From assembly GCA_051652765.1 (NCBI GenBank), contig JBOFUV010000064.1, positions 1 to 52,800 of the forward strand: a DNA stretch of 52,800 bases, given 5' to 3'. The notes below the pieces were generated by a model that was given only the letters and a program-made list of their open reading frames with translations, did no database searches and had not been told where the DNA came from. This stretch comes from Microcoleaceae cyanobacterium. Lineage in GTDB: Bacteria; Cyanobacteriota; Cyanobacteriia; Cyanobacteriales; Microcoleaceae. A program made the position numbers and the translations under genes. Numbering within the stretch: position 1 is the first letter of the stretch; each line of letters opens with the position of its first letter. Below, one piece after another: positions 50,640 through 52,800 of the stretch.

Positions 50640-51028
50640 TAGGCGATCGCTAGATTAAGTTCAAAAAAATCAGTTCAAAAAAATCAATACCGTTCAGCAG
50701 AAGTTTACCTCACCTCAGTTTAGACCTTGGCAGTTACAATATCATGACTCCACTAACAGGCAATCAGATCAAGGGACAATATAAATACTGACCCAAACTC
50801 CCCTTCCCAAAAAATCACAGACCCAAATAAATACTGGCCGACTAGGTAAATACTAAGGCTATTACTAAACTATAGATGCATCGATGCAGAGTAAAATGCA
50901 AGGCAGTATTTGAGTAATTTTGCTTAGCAGTTGGCAGCTTATATTTCTCGGTAAAAGTAATAAGGACAGACTCCAAAACCCTAATTCAAAAACCCTAACT
51001 CAAAAACCCTAATTTAAAACTGGTAGCC

Positions 51029-51757
51029 TCAAGCCAATGCTGCCACCACTAAAAACAATGAATCAACCAAAATCGTACTGAGAACTGCACCACCAAACGC
51101 CCATCGATGAAGTTTTTCTGACTGCAAGGCTAGCAACCCGACGACTAACAAAATTGTAACAAATTCAACTGCCCCCAGAACTCCCCAAGGCGTACTAATC
51201 TTCTGAATTGCGTTCTGAAAAATTGGCAGGGCCAGGGATGGATCAACCTGCATTAACTGTCGCCAGTTAGAAATCAGGTCAGTCATATAAAAATACCCAT
51301 CTGTCATAACAGTGCCAAACAGCGACCCCAAATAGAACCAACTGCCAACTTTTCCCCATCCTTGTCTCAAGCACCAGACCGCACAGGGAACTCCAATTGC
51401 TTCGACGGGAAGATGCCAGGAAGGTTCCCAACGGAGCCAACCCCAGTAGATTGAACCTGCCAGCCAACTCCAAGTAAAGCCCAACAGTAAATCACCCCAA
51501 ACTTGAGTTGAAGGGTTTTTCAGGAGCAACATACTGATGATGAACCAGTTAATTGTAAAGACTAGACTGAGCTCTGGCCACATCCGTACCAGGGGAGCCT
51601 GAAAAAATACTGGGACTGAAACCAGAAAAACCGCCCCTAGAAATACAGCCCACTGTTGGCTGATCCAGCCTGGATGAGAATGAGTTACGGATCTATCTCC
51701 GGTTTGGACAGACTGAACGGTTGCAAAAATAGAGTTGGGTCGGATTAGATTTAACAA
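51029..51757 (-). CDS. DUF3120 family membrane protein
   Basis: FLVSVPVFFQAPLVR, WLAGSIYWGW, HLPVEA, FYLGSLFGT. Confidence 0.85.
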   Translation of the reverse strand: MLNLIRPNSIFATVQSVQTGDRSVTHSHPGWISQQWAVFLGAVFLVSVPVFFQAPLVRMWPELSLVFTINWFIISMLLLKNPSTQVWGDLLLGFTWSWLAGSIYWGWLRWEPSWHLPVEAIGVPCAVWCLRQGWGKVGSWFYLGSLFGTVMTDGYFYMTDLISNWRQLMQVDPSLALPIFQNAIQKISTPWGVLGAVEFVTILLVVGLLALQSEKLHRWAFGGAVLSTILVDSLFLVVAALA

Positions 51758-51839
51758 GGTTCTATGAAGGAGTTTATTAAAGAGTTTGTTAAAATTTGTT
51801 TACTTAAGTTTACCGTTTTTAAGACTTAAGGCAAGGAAT

Positions 51840-51898
51840 TATCCCCCCTAGGGGCATCCCAATTCTAGCACAAAATTTTATATCCCCCCCAGGGGCAT
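51840..51898. promoter_or_regulatory. Two C-tract/G-tract dyads (CsoR/RcnR-type operator-like)
   Basis: TATCCCCCCTAGGGGCAT at 51840 and TATCCCCCCCAGGGGCAT at 51881. Confidence 0.5.
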
Positions 51899-52242
51899 AT
51901 TGGAGAGCTGCCAAATACCGTTCTAATCTAATCTAATCTGAAGGTTGAGTCTAGAGAGAACGGCGGAAACTTGCTAAACTGTTAACAGGTAGGCTCAGGT
52001 TGCAACTGAAGCATCAGATGAAGTGAGTGGTTTGTCGGTCTTGAGGTGAGTTGTGTCGGTTGATGTCGAACCTACGAGACTCAACACTCTCAAGCTGTTA
52101 TTCTCACGGGTTTATTGGTTTCTTAAGGGTCAACTCAACTGACAAGATTTTTTTAGGCAAGCCACCAAACTAGATCTATTGTATTGAGTTCAGATTGCTC
52201 AGTTTATCTTTAAGTTCACTTCAACCTCTTGGCAAGATCACT

Positions 52243-52800
52243 GTGGAGACATCGACTGTAGCAGCGTCAACAGATATTGGTATCTTTGAGGCCATTATTC
52301 TGGGTCTAATCCAAGGACTAACCGAGTTTCTACCGATCAGCAGCACCGCCCATCTCAAGGTTGTTCCTGTGGCGCTGGGATGGGGAGATCCAGGTGTTGC
52401 CGTGACCGCAGTGATTCAGTTGGGCAGTGTTGCAGCGGTGTTGTGGTACTTCTGGAACGATTTAACGACAGTTATCCTAGGGGCGATCCGGGCGATCCGC
52501 CAGTCCGATTACCAGTCGCCTGATTTCCGAATTGCTCTGGGAATTGGTTTGGGAACCCTGCCAATTCTCTTTTTTGGAGTGTTGATTAAAGTCTTCATTG
52601 CTGATTTTGATAACTCCCCCCTACGAAGTGTTGGCGCGATCGCCATGGCTTCAATCGTGATGGCTCTGCTTTTAGGACTTGCCGAAAAAGTGGGAACTCG
52701 CAAGCGAGAGTATGAACAGTTAACGGTTCGTGATGGCGTGTTTATGGGGTTTGCCCAAGCCCTGGCTTTGGTTCCTGGGGTTTCTCGATCTGGCTCCACT
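52243..52800 (+). CDS. uppP: Undecaprenyl-diphosphate phosphatase, 3' partial (start GTG 52243 or TTG 52195)
   Basis: Manual translation: AIILGLIQGLTEFLPISSTAH, VIQLGS, QALALVPGVSRSGST. Confidence 0.93.
   Translation, partial: METSTVAASTDIGIFEAIILGLIQGLTEFLPISSTAHLKVVPVALGWGDPGVAVTAVIQLGSVAAVLWYFWNDLTTVILGAIRAIRQSDYQSPDFRIALGIGLGTLPILFFGVLIKVFIADFDNSPLRSVGAIAMASIVMALLLGLAEKVGTRKREYEQLTVRDGVFMGFAQALALVPGVSRSGST

Noticed and set aside
52509..52799. Minus-strand 96-aa ORF
   Set aside because: Shadow of uppP on the plus strand.

Overview
Cyanobacterial chromosome segment, shown by frequent HIP1 GCGATCGC sites, apcABC, ccsB and an NtcA/NtcB-controlled nirA-nrtP-narB cluster. Most of it is housekeeping: sulfur assimilation (cysC, cysH, cysE), malic enzyme, two class III adenylate cyclases, tRNA-Arg(CCG), an RTX-type Ca-binding protein and a partial uppP. 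The main hidden element is a decayed integron at ~22.58-25.93 kb that the ORF track does not show. It has a 21-codon N-terminal remnant of intI next to a 13 x 22-bp tandem repeat and an attI-like region with 41-bp-phased direct repeats. Four cassettes follow (alpha/beta hydrolase, peroxiredoxin, endonuclease V, and an apparently non-coding cassette). They are delimited by three complete attC sites and one truncated one, and each cassette's two ends are reverse complements of each other. Other notable items: a lipoprotein with a RelA/SpoT-like synthetase domain; a Cys-rich TetR with three matching operators in front of itself and orf-cysE-cysH; a stand-alone MshEN-like protein; a candidate sRNA; and paired CsoR/RcnR-like operators. 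All product calls come from motif recognition by eye, with no database searches.
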